Below are positions 63,289-64,000 of a stretch of 64,000 nt of DNA, one piece after another; position 1 is the stretch's first letter; each line of letters begins with the position of its first letter. This DNA is from an uncultured Pseudomonadota bacterium. Lineage in GTDB: Bacteria > Pseudomonadota > Alphaproteobacteria > RF32 > CAG-239. The stretch covers positions 66,291 to 130,290 of the forward strand of contig CACWUA010000001.1 of assembly GCA_902763905.1 (NCBI GenBank), given 5' to 3'. The notes below the pieces were generated by a model that was not told the DNA's origin, did no database searches, and saw only the letters and a program-made list of their open reading frames with translations. Position numbers and translations under genes: made by a program.

Positions 63289-64000
63289 ATGAGTAAAGGT
63301 CCGTTAACAAGAGCCGACAGATATGTCAAAAAAACCGATAAGATTATCTTGATTATCGGCATAATAGCACTGTTGACTTTTCTCTTCACTCTTATGCTGG
63401 CAACAGCCGACACGCAAGAGGAAGAAAGAGCAACAATAGTCGAGGATAGCGGCATCGATGCAGAAACGGATATTAACATTAAAAATCAAGAAATTCCGAA
63501 TGAAATTGAGTTCGATAAAGTTGAAGATGATGAGCGTCCCATAACTTTGTCTCCGCTAGAGCTTAATATGGGCCAAATTATATTGGGTAACGAAGCTACA
63601 AATGTATTGACAATAGGCAGCAATGGCAAACGTGAAATACGTATTTTGTCGGTAGAATTGGAGGATGCTCCGTTTGATGGATTTTCTTATGATTCCAGCA
63701 ATTGTCAAAATAAGGAGTTGCGAGGCAATTTAACTTGTATGGTTACTACCAAATGGATTCCCAGTGTTGCCGGAAATGTACAAAGCAATTTTAAGATTGT
63801 ATGGCATGAAACAAATATATCCGCACAAAATGCCAAGCACGACGAAATAACCGTACGCGGCAGTGCGGTTACAAAAGAAAATTGTAATTTTTGCGAAACA
63901 GATATGGTTGCGGCCGTTCCGAGCAGCGGTGTTGCCATTGGCGGGTATCGTTATGCTATCGGTCCGGATGGAAAAGTTATAGGTGCCATTGATGAAAACG
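63289..64000 (+). CDS. Probable VirB10-position protein, 3'-truncated by window edge
   Basis: My own translation from ATG 63289, one nt after the virB9 stop, is open to nt 64000: MSKGPLTRADRYVKKTDKIILIIGIIALLTFLFTLMLA (short cytoplasmic tail plus TM, as in VirB10), an acidic linker, then a beta-rich segment. Identity rests on position and topology only. Confidence 0.5.
   Translation, partial: MSKGPLTRADRYVKKTDKIILIIGIIALLTFLFTLMLATADTQEEERATIVEDSGIDAETDINIKNQEIPNEIEFDKVEDDERPITLSPLELNMGQIILGNEATNVLTIGSNGKREIRILSVELEDAPFDGFSYDSSNCQNKELRGNLTCMVTTKWIPSVAGNVQSNFKIVWHETNISAQNAKHDEITVRGSAVTKENCNFCETDMVAAVPSSGVAIGGYRYAIGPDGKVIGAIDEN

Noticed and set aside
1-64000. Scan for rRNA, tRNA, CRISPR arrays, IS elements/transposases, integrases, relaxases and toxin-antitoxin pairs
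   Set aside because: No tRNA-like T-arm/acceptor patterns, no regularly spaced short repeats, and no ORF with DDE, tyrosine/serine recombinase or relaxase motifs were seen by eye. A small tRNA or a degenerate IS fragment could still have been missed without tRNAscan, ISfinder or similar searches.

Overview
This is an AT-rich bacterial chromosomal window. All calls come from reading the ORF translations and the nucleotide sequence by eye; no searches were run.

Left half (1-32.7 kb): mostly housekeeping genes. They include addA (5'-truncated by the window edge) followed by trxA, a synteny typical of Alphaproteobacteria. Also present are rplQ, murJ, an Nfu-type Fe-S protein, a sensor kinase, a CDF transporter, and an anmK / ABC ATPase / fused ABC-2-GldG-like operon. 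tyrS, uvrA, queH and an LD-carboxypeptidase follow. The half ends with a small accessory insert (ankyrin lipoprotein plus tandem secreted-protein paralogs) and a glycosyltransferase/TagF-like/MsbA-like surface-polymer cluster.

Right half (32.8-64 kb): one secretion island made of two parts.
- A type IVb pilus operon on the minus strand, with gene order like the R64 thin pilus / Bfp / Tcp systems: lipoprotein secretin, GspE-type ATPase, T2SS-F platform protein and a pilin-like gene. A convergent PilT-like ATPase sits next to it.
- A divergently transcribed VirB/Trb-type type IV secretion operon on the plus strand. It has three virB2 paralogs, virB3 and a frameshift-split virB4. Seven uncharacterised, mostly signal-peptide-bearing coiled-coil proteins then occupy the slot where virB5/virB6 normally sit. 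Next come virB8, a virB7-like lipoprotein, a second virB8, a frameshift-split virB9 fused to a SPOR domain, and the start of virB10.

The most unusual non-coding signal is a family of about 147-nt pseudoknotted RNA elements. There are three intact copies and one decayed copy. Clear compensatory base-pair changes separate the copies, and each intact copy ends in an intrinsic terminator. The RNA-plus-regulator modules, each ending in a 74-aa XRE-type HTH gene, bracket uvrA.

No rRNA, tRNA, CRISPR array, transposase, integrase or relaxase was recognised.
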